This document shows positions 25,165 through 36,100 of a DNA stretch of 64,000 bases, one piece after another (position 1 is the first letter of the stretch; every line of letters starts with the position of its first letter). Both the position numbers and the translations under genes were made by a program. Under the pieces are notes generated by a model, which was not told the origin of the DNA, made no database searches, and worked only from the letters and a program-made list of their open reading frames with translations. The DNA lies in IMG/VR virus record IMGVR_UViG_3300013947_000027, positions 38,033 to 102,032 of that record, one strand, 5' to 3'. The DNA is from a virus. Taxonomy: Duplodnaviria; Caudoviricetes.

Positions 25165-27681
25165 TCACTCTCCTTTCCAAATGAGACCCATGTTGCCATT
25201 GGCGCGTTCGGCGAAAGCAAATCCGCCAAACACCAATTCATCTTCAACTTCTGCTCTGCCAATTTTTAACGATTGATTAGTTACATATGCCGGGATGCTA
25301 GTGCCATCCATAAACTTAATTGCAGTATTCGTGATGATGACTTTGAACGACCCCTCATTGCCAAGTTCGATCTGAGGTTCTTCTCCGTCAGTGCTAATAC
25401 GTATATAGCTCGTCAGAGTCTCAAGACTCTTTACGACATTCTGCAAGGCTTCAATATTACCACCAGTTTCAGCGAGATCACTTTCTAAAGTTTTAAGATC
25501 ATCTGTGGCTGTCTGTAACTGAGCAAGAGTTTCACCCATTGAAAAGACCCAACCATCGGAGGTCTGTTTCATCAACGAGCCACCGTTCTCGTCGACTACT
25601 AGAGTGGATATGAGTCCTTCTATCGCGCTGATATTCATTTCAGCAGTTTCTAGGCGTGCGCTCATTGCATCAGATAATTCATCCATAGCATCGTTTGCTG
25701 CATCGAGACCATCTGCTGTATTAGCAGCGACGTCAATGTATTTCTTGGCGGCGATCTCATTAATAACATCTTCAGTCATCGTTCTAGGCGTTGGAGCATT
25801 CCAGTAATATGTTGGATCATCTGCCGTTCCTCCAGACCACCCAATACGATCACTGTTATAACAGACCATCGGAGATGTCCCATTAACTTGAGTCGCCACA
25901 AGAGGCTGATCGCTGTAAATATGATACAGTGCTCCCGTATCGCCGCCACCTCGGAGGAAAATATAGAAACCCATCCAATCCATGCATTGTCCAGCACCTG
26001 CAAATAGAGTACCATAGCATTCTTCGAGATCATGAATCCACCACGAATAATTAGCACCGCCCCATCCTCCATAGTTGCACTTAATCTTCAACAGAAGACT
26101 TATGCCTTTCGAAGTAGGATGACCATTCCAATCAGTCGGAGCTTTCTCGCTATAGCCACGCTTAACCATAATCTCGCGCATTACATTCTGGTCTCCGCCT
26201 CGTAAGACTACAGGATAATAAGTGTTGGCATCACCATTAAATGTGATATCGTACTTATACTGATACCCGTAATTACTTTTAGCTTTGTCAGTGTAATCCT
26301 TGGCGCTAGTTGCTTTGCTGTCGGCAGCCGTAATCGCCGATTCAACTTCTTCGATAGAAGGAGTCCAATCAGTAGCTTTATTACCTATCTCGAATTTAAG
26401 TTTACTCAATGTCACAACTGCAGTATCGCCAGTGAAGGTTGCAGTTCTGCAATGAAATATCCAATTCTGATCACCACTGTATTTCTGAGTTATTGAGAAA
26501 TAACCAGTTGTCGAATCGTACTTATTCTCGACAAGCGTATTGCCATATGTCGATGCCAATCCTAAGAAAAATTGCGATGTTGGAATGGCGTTATTAAGCT
26601 TCAAGTATCCACTAACTGTGCAGGTAGTAGCAGGAGGCTTATAGCCGGTGACATATAAGGTGAAATACTTTCCAGCAGTTAGCGTCGAGCTGATAGCACC
26701 ATTCGTCACTGTTGGAATTGTGTTATATGGAGTATGTGAACTTAGCTTTGTCAACTGGATGTAGTTTCGTCCGCCAACAATTATCCCCTCTGGAGTACTA
26801 CCAATGCAATATGACGTTGATGTTGTATTATCCGTATAGGTAATAATTATACGAGTCCATAAATATGGAGCCGCAGCGTTTGTAGATGGAGGCGACGAAG
26901 CCCAAGTTCCTGTTGGAGTAGTAGTTCCAGAAGAAGCTGCTTGATACGTCACTACCGTCGACTTAACACCTCTGCCAGCAGGACCTATTGCACCAGTAGC
27001 CCCTTTCGAGCCTGTGACGCAAATAGCTGCGGTAGTTATGATCGTATTGTCGGTGTAAGTAATGACTGATCTTGTCCAAATATACTTACCGTTCTCCCAA
27101 CCAGGATATGTGCCAACCCATGTTCCGCCTGTCTGGGTAGTTGTGGAAGTAGATTTGTAATACTGCTCAACAATGGACTTAACACCTTTACCAGTGTCGC
27201 CTGTATCACCCTTAGCTCCGGCAATACAAACTCCATTTTGACTTGGGGAGTATGCTTTAGTGCCAGCACCATTTGTCTTAACTGTACGGCTCCACATATA
27301 CTTGCCATTCACCCATGTTGGAGCAGTTGTTGACCAAGAACCATCAGATAGAGACGTAGCAGATGTTGAAAGATAGTATTCGACATCTACAGAGACGATA
27401 GCATTGTTGGCTTTTGTCCATGCTTCTTGTGCAGCCTGATATCCACTTGATTTGTTGACGGCTGAATACGTATAAGTTCCATCGGAGAACTCAATCATCT
27501 CACAATAATAGAGCGATGATGCACTTCCGCTAGTATATTCAGGTTCAGTTGTACTCCATCCACTAGGAGGTTTCGCAGTTGGTTTATTAGGTGTAGACGA
27601 ACTAAGTTTATAGTAGCGAGTAATACTCTTCGTGTCGCGGTAACTCGAGAGTGTAACTGTCGCAGTCGCTTTACGAGACAT
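25165..27681 (-). CDS. Minor tail / fibre protein A
   Basis: Repeated GxWxxxxP...YxWxR modules, short Gly-X-Y stretches, VGGRNY, C-terminal FGGFAFAERANGNMGL. Confidence 0.7.
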   Translation of the reverse strand: MSRKATATVTLSSYRDTKSITRYYKLSSSTPNKPTAKPPSGWSTTEPEYTSGSASSLYYCEMIEFSDGTYTYSAVNKSSGYQAAQEAWTKANNAIVSVDVEYYLSTSATSLSDGSWSTTAPTWVNGKYMWSRTVKTNGAGTKAYSPSQNGVCIAGAKGDTGDTGKGVKSIVEQYYKSTSTTTQTGGTWVGTYPGWENGKYIWTRSVITYTDNTIITTAAICVTGSKGATGAIGPAGRGVKSTVVTYQAASSGTTTPTGTWASSPPSTNAAAPYLWTRIIITYTDNTTSTSYCIGSTPEGIIVGGRNYIQLTKLSSHTPYNTIPTVTNGAISSTLTAGKYFTLYVTGYKPPATTCTVSGYLKLNNAIPTSQFFLGLASTYGNTLVENKYDSTTGYFSITQKYSGDQNWIFHCRTATFTGDTAVVTLSKLKFEIGNKATDWTPSIEEVESAITAADSKATSAKDYTDKAKSNYGYQYKYDITFNGDANTYYPVVLRGGDQNVMREIMVKRGYSEKAPTDWNGHPTSKGISLLLKIKCNYGGWGGANYSWWIHDLEECYGTLFAGAGQCMDWMGFYIFLRGGGDTGALYHIYSDQPLVATQVNGTSPMVCYNSDRIGWSGGTADDPTYYWNAPTPRTMTEDVINEIAAKKYIDVAANTADGLDAANDAMDELSDAMSARLETAEMNISAIEGLISTLVVDENGGSLMKQTSDGWVFSMGETLAQLQTATDDLKTLESDLAETGGNIEALQNVVKSLETLTSYIRISTDGEEPQIELGNEGSFKVIITNTAIKFMDGTSIPAYVTNQSLKIGRAEVEDELVFGGFAFAERANGNMGLIWKGE

Positions 27682-27682
27682 A

Positions 27683-29425
27683 TCAGTCTTCTAACTGACA
27701 GGTGTAAACAACTGCACTAGTCACATCAGTAGCTGATACTGTGATCGACTTAGCAGTAGCCACAACTGCAGTAGATCCACTCTTATACCATTTTATCGAC
27801 CCAAGAGTCCCGCACACTCCAGCAGCCGTAATGGTCTGTTCGACGCCGCCTACATATACATGAGCTGTAAGTTCTGTCGAGCCAGTATTATTCTTGAATA
27901 CGGTTCCATTGCTTGAGGTAATGCTGAGGGTTATAGCGGCTGCACCGTCATCGCCTTTAGCGCCAGTGTTACCAGTGATGCATACGCCAGTCGAGGAAGG
28001 AGAGTATTCAGAGCTTCCATCGCCATAAGTAATAGCGGTTCTTCTCCAAATATAAGTCCCTTCAGTCCACGTGGGTTGTTCAGTAGACCATTTACCACCT
28101 GCCAATGTAACAGGGGAAGATGATTGATAAAACTCTTCAACACTCTTAGTAATAGTCTCGCCAAGAGTAGTTTCAAGCGTCTTATTACTTGTACTAAATT
28201 TAATGCTTTGAGCAGAGACTTCGAGCTTATAATTTCCGTCAGCATCTTTGTAATACTTCAGATAATTATTAGCGTCGCCAACAGCTAGCTGTCCATCTCT
28301 ATCCAGATAGATGCCTCGTGTGGTGTTATCAGCAGAGGCTTTTACCCCGGAATAGATAGAAGTTTCTGTAATGTTAAATCCGCCAATAGTAGCGTCGAAT
28401 GCTACTAGGTCGTCTACTGCTATTTTTTCAGCAACGATAGATTTAGCTATGATTACAGAGCCGTCTAATCCATTTTGATATTTCACGTCAGAAGAAGCTG
28501 TAGTTTCGCCCAACGAGTCAACATTGAGCTTATAATATAGACCATCAGACCCCTTGATAACCAACTTATCAGCTTTCAAAGTGTTGGCTTCGATCAGATC
28601 GCCTTTAATAGTTACACCAACTAATTCGCCAGTAATCTTACCGTCACTGACAACAAGATCCTTAATAATGCCAGAATCAGTAAAGAGCTTCTTGACAGCA
28701 GCCATGTTAATATTGGCGAAGTCGATATTTGCATACTTAAGGTCAGCATCTGTGGCGCTTAACTTAGTAGCTTCAAGATTAGCAATTGACGCATCAACAG
28801 CAGTTAACTTGTCAGTCGTCAAGTCACGGAAGCTACCATAAGCAGCTTCAAGATTATTAATCTTTGCATCAGTAGCTTCAAGACTCTTAATTGTTGCATA
28901 GGTGATCTCAGCCACTGTAGCATCGAGTTTAGTAGTCTTAAGAGTCTCAATCTCAGCCTCAGCTGCGGTGAGCTTTCCGGTAATAGTTGCGTTATTGGCG
29001 GTTAATGTATTGATGTTAGCTTCGTTAGCATCCAAACGTTCCTTAATAGTGACGTTTTCTGCTACGAGAGTATCAATTCTGGCAATCTCAGCTTCAAGTC
29101 GTTCAGTGCTAACCTTATCAGCAATGACAATCTCGAACTCTGAGATTTTAGTTCCCATCTCTTTTACTGTATCTGTACGAGCTGAGGGAGATGAAATATT
29201 ACCTGTCACGAGAGCTGTATGATCTTTGATCATAACAGTAACTCGTTCGCCATTAAGGGCGTCAGCGGTAGTGGAGATCGGAGTAAGTAAATCTGATCCG
29301 TCGAGTCTTACATATTTACCACCATCGTACTCGACTATAGTTCCGTATACTGTAGTTTCTTTGCTCTCTTTCTTTTCTTGGGTTATTTGAACAAATTGTG
29401 ATATCAAATCGCTGGATAAAGCCAT
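27683..29425 (-). CDS. Tail spike / central fibre protein
   Basis: Coiled-coil and beta-repeat region, YIWRRT module, SSNGTVFKN C-terminal domain. Confidence 0.65.
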   Translation of the reverse strand: MALSSDLISQFVQITQEKKESKETTVYGTIVEYDGGKYVRLDGSDLLTPISTTADALNGERVTVMIKDHTALVTGNISSPSARTDTVKEMGTKISEFEIVIADKVSTERLEAEIARIDTLVAENVTIKERLDANEANINTLTANNATITGKLTAAEAEIETLKTTKLDATVAEITYATIKSLEATDAKINNLEAAYGSFRDLTTDKLTAVDASIANLEATKLSATDADLKYANIDFANINMAAVKKLFTDSGIIKDLVVSDGKITGELVGVTIKGDLIEANTLKADKLVIKGSDGLYYKLNVDSLGETTASSDVKYQNGLDGSVIIAKSIVAEKIAVDDLVAFDATIGGFNITETSIYSGVKASADNTTRGIYLDRDGQLAVGDANNYLKYYKDADGNYKLEVSAQSIKFSTSNKTLETTLGETITKSVEEFYQSSSPVTLAGGKWSTEQPTWTEGTYIWRRTAITYGDGSSEYSPSSTGVCITGNTGAKGDDGAAAITLSITSSNGTVFKNNTGSTELTAHVYVGGVEQTITAAGVCGTLGSIKWYKSGSTAVVATAKSITVSATDVTSAVVYTCQLED

Positions 29426-29431
29426 GTAATA

Positions 29432-30490
29432 TCACCCCCATAGTCTAGTAGTAAATACTGCTTTCTCCTTAACCGAGCAACCCGGTTCGCATTTGATAGA
29501 TTGGCTTATGATCTTTGCTTTAACGTTATTGATGCCCGCTCTGGTGTAATTCAGACGAATACAATCTCCTAAACGAACACCACAATAGCCATGCGTGAAT
29601 GTGATCGTATATTCAATAGAAGACATTGCCTTAAGAAGTCTTTTGGCATATGCATCTATCTGCTCTTTAGTCGGCTGACCGGAAATACTGGGATTGGTGT
29701 CCCTATAGATAATCTCCCTGCCTCGATTGACTGTCGAGATTGGACTATTCTCATCGTTATTAACAACTCTCGACTGATAGTACTCTGTGCCGTTCGAGTA
29801 GATAACCTCTACTACATTCGGAAGGCCATAAAGGTCGTGATCCATAGAAATATCAGGATACAAGATCGAACTATTTGAGTCATCAAACGTCATCAACGGC
29901 TGCAAAGCTGCAGTATCCTGTCTAGGAGTAAACAACACCCTACCAAGCTCATCCAGACCGAACGAATATTTAGCGTTTGCCAGCAGGTCTTTGAGAAATG
30001 TTATCCATGTGTCATCTGGCTCGGAAACAAAGTCGGTATATAAGGTATCGGTAGCGATAGTCTTAACTACTGGAGCACGAAGATTCTCAGCTGTAAGCCG
30101 ATACGCCATATCCATGATGTTTGCATTCTTGAGAATGGAGTAGCCATAAGGGGGGCATTTCTCTTTAAGTTCAATTAAAGGAGTATAAGCATCCATTGTA
30201 ACTGATCGCACCTTCCCATCAAAAGATGTAGACGGTGTCTGGACCATAAATGTACCTAAAGGGTGTCTCTCTCTTACTCCATTTTGAATTGTTACGAGGT
30301 AAACTCTTAAATAGCATTCTTCCAACGAGCCATCTATATCGATGGTAGCGGACCCTAGTGTGTCAGAGTCCGCATCCCAACTAATCGTGCATGATTTAAC
30401 ATCATTGATTTTACTAACATCTTTCCAAGTTTCAGGATCAACAACATAGTACTCAAAAGTCTGTTGCATTGACTTAGACCAATCAGCCAT
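29432..30490 (-). CDS. Baseplate hub (Tal-like) protein
   Basis: Position after the distal tail gene; FGLDELGRV and VRLGDCIRL motifs. Confidence 0.6.
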   Translation of the reverse strand: MADWSKSMQQTFEYYVVDPETWKDVSKINDVKSCTISWDADSDTLGSATIDIDGSLEECYLRVYLVTIQNGVRERHPLGTFMVQTPSTSFDGKVRSVTMDAYTPLIELKEKCPPYGYSILKNANIMDMAYRLTAENLRAPVVKTIATDTLYTDFVSEPDDTWITFLKDLLANAKYSFGLDELGRVLFTPRQDTAALQPLMTFDDSNSSILYPDISMDHDLYGLPNVVEVIYSNGTEYYQSRVVNNDENSPISTVNRGREIIYRDTNPSISGQPTKEQIDAYAKRLLKAMSSIEYTITFTHGYCGVRLGDCIRLNYTRAGINNVKAKIISQSIKCEPGCSVKEKAVFTTRLWG

Positions 30491-30491
30491 G

Positions 30492-33188
30492 TTACGTACC
30501 TCCTTCAACCTGAGAAATAGTTAATGTAACCGGAACAGTTACTTCGGTATGCTTTTGACTAAAGGAAACAGAAATGTTAGCCCAATAGCCACTGCCAGAC
30601 GGTTCACGGACATAGACATCGCCCATCCATCTTGCAAGACGACGAAGAGCATAGATAGTCTCTTTATCACTCTTAGGAATGTCCATATTCCAAGTCGCAG
30701 CAACACCCAGCTGAGTGCCATAATAAGCAACTGGATGCGAACGTCCAATATACTCGACAAGAGATTTATCAGAACTGTTGGATTCAGACACATCGATGTT
30801 ATACGGAAGCTTGAGCATGGATCCTGTCCAAGCCGGTTGCTCCATAATCTCATCTTCCGATGTTTCAAAGCTGCTCCATTCTTCATTCCACTGGATAATA
30901 ACTGCTTTGCCACCGACCGGATAACCAGGAGTGTCATAGTAGCTCACAGCACCAGTTGCTTCAGTGGTCGCAACGATTCTGTACCGAGCATAATCCAATG
31001 CCGGATGAGGATCTGTGACTGTGGTAGCTTTAGTACTGTCAATGCCCGTAGCAAGTTCGGTAAAGCTGCCATCAAATTCTCGCCTATAGACAGACAAGAG
31101 TACTCCCTCGACGACCGAAGATTCCTCAACTATGCAGTAGTACACATTATTACCATTACCATCCACACCAGAGTAAACCTTCTCGCCAGTAGTGGTTGTA
31201 GCATTAGCCACAGGCTCACCCCAAACAGAAGTTAACTTTGTGACGGTCTTCGTGTATGTTCCAGACGAAGAAGTAACCTGATAGTAGACCATGTTTGTAT
31301 CATAACAATACGGCCTGACATTCGCAGTCATGGTCTCTTCGTCAACACCAATCGACGCATTAGGAACCCAATGTTCATCAGTCCATCTAACTGTGAATGT
31401 TAAAGATGCTTCCGAAGTTAACCCAGAATTCATCGAAACAGCGCAAGTGACTGTGTACTCGATATTATTCTCAAGATCGATATTCCAAGCAGAAAACTCC
31501 ACCAACATAGGTTCGGAGATATCGAAATGCTTAGAATACACTTCCTCACCGCTGTTAATAATCACAGGATTACCAATACTATCAACTGTCTCATACATAG
31601 AATTAGACTTAATCGACAGATGGTAACTAACAGGAGCCTGAGTCTTAGGACCTGCAAGAGCTTTGATATAGAAAGGAAATGCTGTCAACGTGTCAAGCTC
31701 ATTTCCATCCACGTCGGTCATGTTCAACTGAAGCGTTGCCGGAGCATAGACGTCGATAGTTCTCTGAACAGACCAGTCACCGTACTCTTTGGTGATGCCT
31801 GCAGTTCGGACTCGCCATTTGATTGACGTACCTTCAGTATACGAGGTAGTCTGGAGAACCCACTGACTATTCGTAGCTTCGTCATCTTCAGACTTATTAT
31901 TTTTGATTGTATGCTCCTCAAGCTGGTCACCGATGTAGAGTTCCAGCTCAGCGTATGTCTCCTTAGAGCCATCTTCTGCATTGTGGACCCAATATAATGT
32001 GACTGGATCACCAGTAATAGCAGTAGTTGTGGAAGACCAAGTTGTAGGAGCAGACGGAGGTTCACCGATGGTAATAGATCGGATATCTGTCCAGCCAGAG
32101 TCGCCAACTTTATTGGTGGCTTTGACTCTGAAGAAATACGTGTCGCCACTAGCCATACCAGTGATAATAGCATAGTTAACAGCATCAGTTACAGTCTGGC
32201 TCTTTACTTCAGATGAACTGTCGAAATAGTATTTCTTAGTAGTGTACTCGACTGTGTAGCCAGTAGCATTATCGACAGGTGCCCATGTAACCTGGACAGA
32301 AGTTGTGGACAATGCTGCAAGCTCAGTGATACCACTAGGAACACTAGGCACAGTTCCCTGATTCGAAGAGTAAGCAGACCATTCGCTGGATGTATTATCT
32401 TTAAGGTTATGCGCACGAGCACGAACCTTGTACTGACTGCCTCCTACGATTGGGAAGACATATGCAGCATGACCAGAAACAATCTCAGCTTTCTTAGCGC
32501 TGTAAGTAGATGCGGAGTCATCTCTGATAACCTGGAATTGAATATGTGTAGCTCCGGGAATGTCGATGTTGTCGAGACTCGCAGTTAATTTAAACCACTC
32601 GATCGACACATCAGGAGTTCCCGGAGTTGCCAAAGGAGTGCTATCTCGCCATTCTTTAACACTAGACCAAGATGCGTCCCAGTATTTAGTCTCAACATCG
32701 TTCGAATTTTTGTAAGTCTTGGAGATGGGTTTAACCTTAAACTGCACTTTCTTAGCGTTACTAGGAATGCTATAAGTGCTTTGTTTAGACAGTGAAGGAT
32801 TGTCTTCGTCAACAGAAATCGAAGAAGAGTTACCGTCAAACCATACACCATTGCCAGTATCATATGTCCAAGCAACTTTATAGCTGTCGGTATTCTTTCC
32901 ATCCCAAGACCAAGTAGCAAATAGTGTATTATCGCTATTGCTCATCAAGCCGAACTGATTAATGGTTGCTTTATTTTTGTTGGTTGAGGCCGAACCTGAA
33001 CCAGACGCGGCCTCTTGAGTTAAATAAATAATCTGACCAACATAAATGAGATCGGGGTTCGGTATGTTATTAATCGCTGCCAGCTTCTTATAGTTATTAT
33101 AACCACCAGCATAGTCAACCGCGATCTGCGATAAGGTATCGCCCCGTTCAACAGTTACGTACTTTTTATCAGCAGATAATTTTGCCAT
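30492..33188 (-). CDS. Distal-tail-position protein with LysM and FN3 domains
   Basis: YVTVERGDTLSQIA...INNIPNPDLIYVGQ (LysM); VTW...YTVEY...YFFRVKA (FN3). Confidence 0.8.
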   Translation of the reverse strand: MAKLSADKKYVTVERGDTLSQIAVDYAGGYNNYKKLAAINNIPNPDLIYVGQIIYLTQEAASGSGSASTNKNKATINQFGLMSNSDNTLFATWSWDGKNTDSYKVAWTYDTGNGVWFDGNSSSISVDEDNPSLSKQSTYSIPSNAKKVQFKVKPISKTYKNSNDVETKYWDASWSSVKEWRDSTPLATPGTPDVSIEWFKLTASLDNIDIPGATHIQFQVIRDDSASTYSAKKAEIVSGHAAYVFPIVGGSQYKVRARAHNLKDNTSSEWSAYSSNQGTVPSVPSGITELAALSTTSVQVTWAPVDNATGYTVEYTTKKYYFDSSSEVKSQTVTDAVNYAIITGMASGDTYFFRVKATNKVGDSGWTDIRSITIGEPPSAPTTWSSTTTAITGDPVTLYWVHNAEDGSKETYAELELYIGDQLEEHTIKNNKSEDDEATNSQWVLQTTSYTEGTSIKWRVRTAGITKEYGDWSVQRTIDVYAPATLQLNMTDVDGNELDTLTAFPFYIKALAGPKTQAPVSYHLSIKSNSMYETVDSIGNPVIINSGEEVYSKHFDISEPMLVEFSAWNIDLENNIEYTVTCAVSMNSGLTSEASLTFTVRWTDEHWVPNASIGVDEETMTANVRPYCYDTNMVYYQVTSSSGTYTKTVTKLTSVWGEPVANATTTTGEKVYSGVDGNGNNVYYCIVEESSVVEGVLLSVYRREFDGSFTELATGIDSTKATTVTDPHPALDYARYRIVATTEATGAVSYYDTPGYPVGGKAVIIQWNEEWSSFETSEDEIMEQPAWTGSMLKLPYNIDVSESNSSDKSLVEYIGRSHPVAYYGTQLGVAATWNMDIPKSDKETIYALRRLARWMGDVYVREPSGSGYWANISVSFSQKHTEVTVPVTLTISQVEGGT

Positions 33189-33191
33189 ACT

Positions 33192-36100
33192 TTACACCCT
33201 CCTTCCCATTTTAGCAGCACGGACAAGAGTCTGGACTGCATTAGAAATTTCATCACCATTATCATAAGTAATGCCTTCAAAGTTGTACGTGTCACCACGA
33301 TTAGCAGCAAGACCATCATTGAGCTTATTGATTGCCGTAATGACATCATCATTACTACCATTTTGAAGTTTACGGTTCATAGCAATATTGATTGCGCTAA
33401 GATTGCCCTGAACACCAATTCCACGAGTTCCAGAGAACATGTTATTGATAGCACTAGCCCCAGAACGAACATCTGACAAGTCAACAACCGGACGGATTGT
33501 AGGCTGGGCATCCATATTGGAATTCAGCGTATCAAGCATCGTAGTCATGGCACTTCTTGTGGCATTGATAGCAGTGGTGCCCATGTTTTCGCCTGCGTTA
33601 TAGACAGACTTACCCATGTTCTTAATACCAATAATAAGCCCTTCACCAAGCCACTTACCTGCTTTAATAGTAGCCTTCGAAGGAGAATTGGACTGTTGTC
33701 CATCTTTTTCGCCTTCAACTGCCTTCTTGCCAAGTGCGTAACCAGCATTATATGCCGCAGTCTGCTTAGCATTAATACCTTCGACAAGCCCGTCGCCAAG
33801 GTATTTACCAGCATTCTTGAAACTGTCATACTTAGTCTTTATACCAGAGGATGCCTTCGAGGCAAGATCTTCGCCGGCAGTTTTGGCTGCACTATTCTTC
33901 TTACCAATACCATCAATAAGCTTACCTGCAAGTTTCTGGCCGACATCAAAGAATGTTGTGAACTTCGAACTAATGGCCTGACCAATCGACTTAGTCAAGG
34001 AGTTCACAGTAGACATAACCTGAGGGATCTTCAGTTGCATACCTCCGATCAAACCAGTCATCATATTAGAGCCAGATTTAATCATTTTGACTGAAGCGAG
34101 GTTAAACGCTTTAACAATTCCGGTAGTATTGACTGTCGCGAGCTTTTCGACAGAGGATTTGAAAGAATCTACTCCATCAGAATTGAATGTCGCTAAACCA
34201 GAAATGAATTTCTTCAAGCTATCAGCGGCAGTAATACTAGCAATTACTTGTGCAAGATTGACTTTAGATACATTTGCGGAATAGTTCTTAATAGACGTTC
34301 CAATCGAGCCAATCTTAAAGTTTGCAATACCACTAGAATCAAGTTCTGTAAGTGTCGCAATGAAATTCTTAAGTTTAATTGCAGAATTGATAGACGAAGC
34401 CACAAGAACAGAATTAATGTCCTTGATAGTATCCGAATAATTCTTGATTTCAGTCGCAATCTGCTTGGGTTTAAAGTTATCAACTCCAGACCCATCAAAG
34501 CCGTTGAGACCTTCAATCATAGTTCTAAGCTGACGCGCACAAGCAATTGTGGAAGCAACCTTCTGCATATCTGTGTCATCAACAGCGTCTCCAAAAGCCG
34601 CGATTGCTTTGGCGATTTTGTATGCAGGGCCATCTGCACCTACACCGCCACTACCAATACCAGTGAACTTTTCGATTCCATCGGTGTTAAAATCAGCAAG
34701 AGAATCGACAAAGTTCTTAATACGATACGCAGTGGAGATAACTGTAGAAACCGCAGCAGTATCTATTTCGGTAGCCGACTTGGAAAACTCGGACATTGCG
34801 GTAGAGAAATCAGTCACATAGTCTGCAAACTCCGAAAGGTCCATCTTACCGTCAAACCAGTTTTCTGTCGGAAGAATCTTCTGGAATTCTGTTATGGCCG
34901 TACCAGCGCTAACAATAGATGTGATGTCCTCTTCGCTGATACCTCCGCAATCTTTAAGTTTTGTCATAGCTGTGGCGAATACGTCGATATCCGCACCAAA
35001 CTCGCCAAGACTCTCCCTCTTTCCGGCAAAGAAAGCAATAATAGGATTGACTTGCATTTCAAGGGTACTCTGAAATTCTCCAAGTTTCGTAGCAGCAGTC
35101 GTAATCGATTCAATGACTTCCGGGTCCAACGCCTCGCAGTCCTTAAGCTTAATAAAACCATTGGCGAACGACTCGATACTTGCACCGAATGAACCAAGGT
35201 CAGCCTGTTTTCCCTTAAACCAGTTAACAACGCCACCAACGGAGCCTTCGAGTTTGCCTTGGAATTCATTAAGTCGATTAGCAGTCTCTATAAGGGACGT
35301 CATAGTACTAAGCTTTAAACCTTCACACTGTTCAAGTTTTAGCATACCATCAGCGAACAAACTAATATTTGTACCGAATGTACCAAGGTCAGCTTCTTTA
35401 CCCTTGAACCAACTGATAACGCCGCCAACAGAACCCTCAAGTTTACCTTGGAATTCGTTAAGACGCTTAGCAGTTTCAGTGAGGGATGTCATGACACTAA
35501 CCTTAAAACCTTCACACTGTTCAAGTTTAAGCATACCGTCAGCGAACAGAGAAACATTTTGTCCGAATGTGGCAAGATCAGTTCTTCCTGTAAAGAACTT
35601 AATAATGCTGTTAGGAGATTCGAGTTCCTTCTGAAGATCAGACAGATCCTTTACAGCCTGAGTAACAGACTTGAAGGCATTATCATCGACTGTGACACCG
35701 TCAAGAGCACTAAGCGCCGACTTCATATTGGTCATGAAGGTTTTGACGTTTTCGCCGAATGTGCCAAGATCGTTATCCCCAGCAAAGAATGCTACGACAC
35801 CGCCGACACGGTCTAGTTCTCCTTGCAGTTTAGACAGCTCAGTTGCTGCCGTATTTATTGCCTCGAACGCAGTCGTGTCGACAGTAATTCCACTGATCGA
35901 ATTGAAAGCGCTCTTCATGTTAGTCATGAAAGTTCTAACATTCTCACCAAATGTGCCAAGATCATTGTCTCCGGCAAAGAATGCCGCAACGCCTCCAACA
36001 CGATCAAGATTACTCTGCAATTCAGACAGGCTTGTCGCAGCGGCATTGATACTTTCAAACACAACCTGATTAATTGGTCCAACCTCAGACACTTTCTTCA

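Noticed and set aside
17860-33188. Diversity-generating retroelement or invertible tail-fibre shufflon
   Set aside because: No reverse transcriptase, no TR/VR pair seen, no small invertase and no inverted gene segments.
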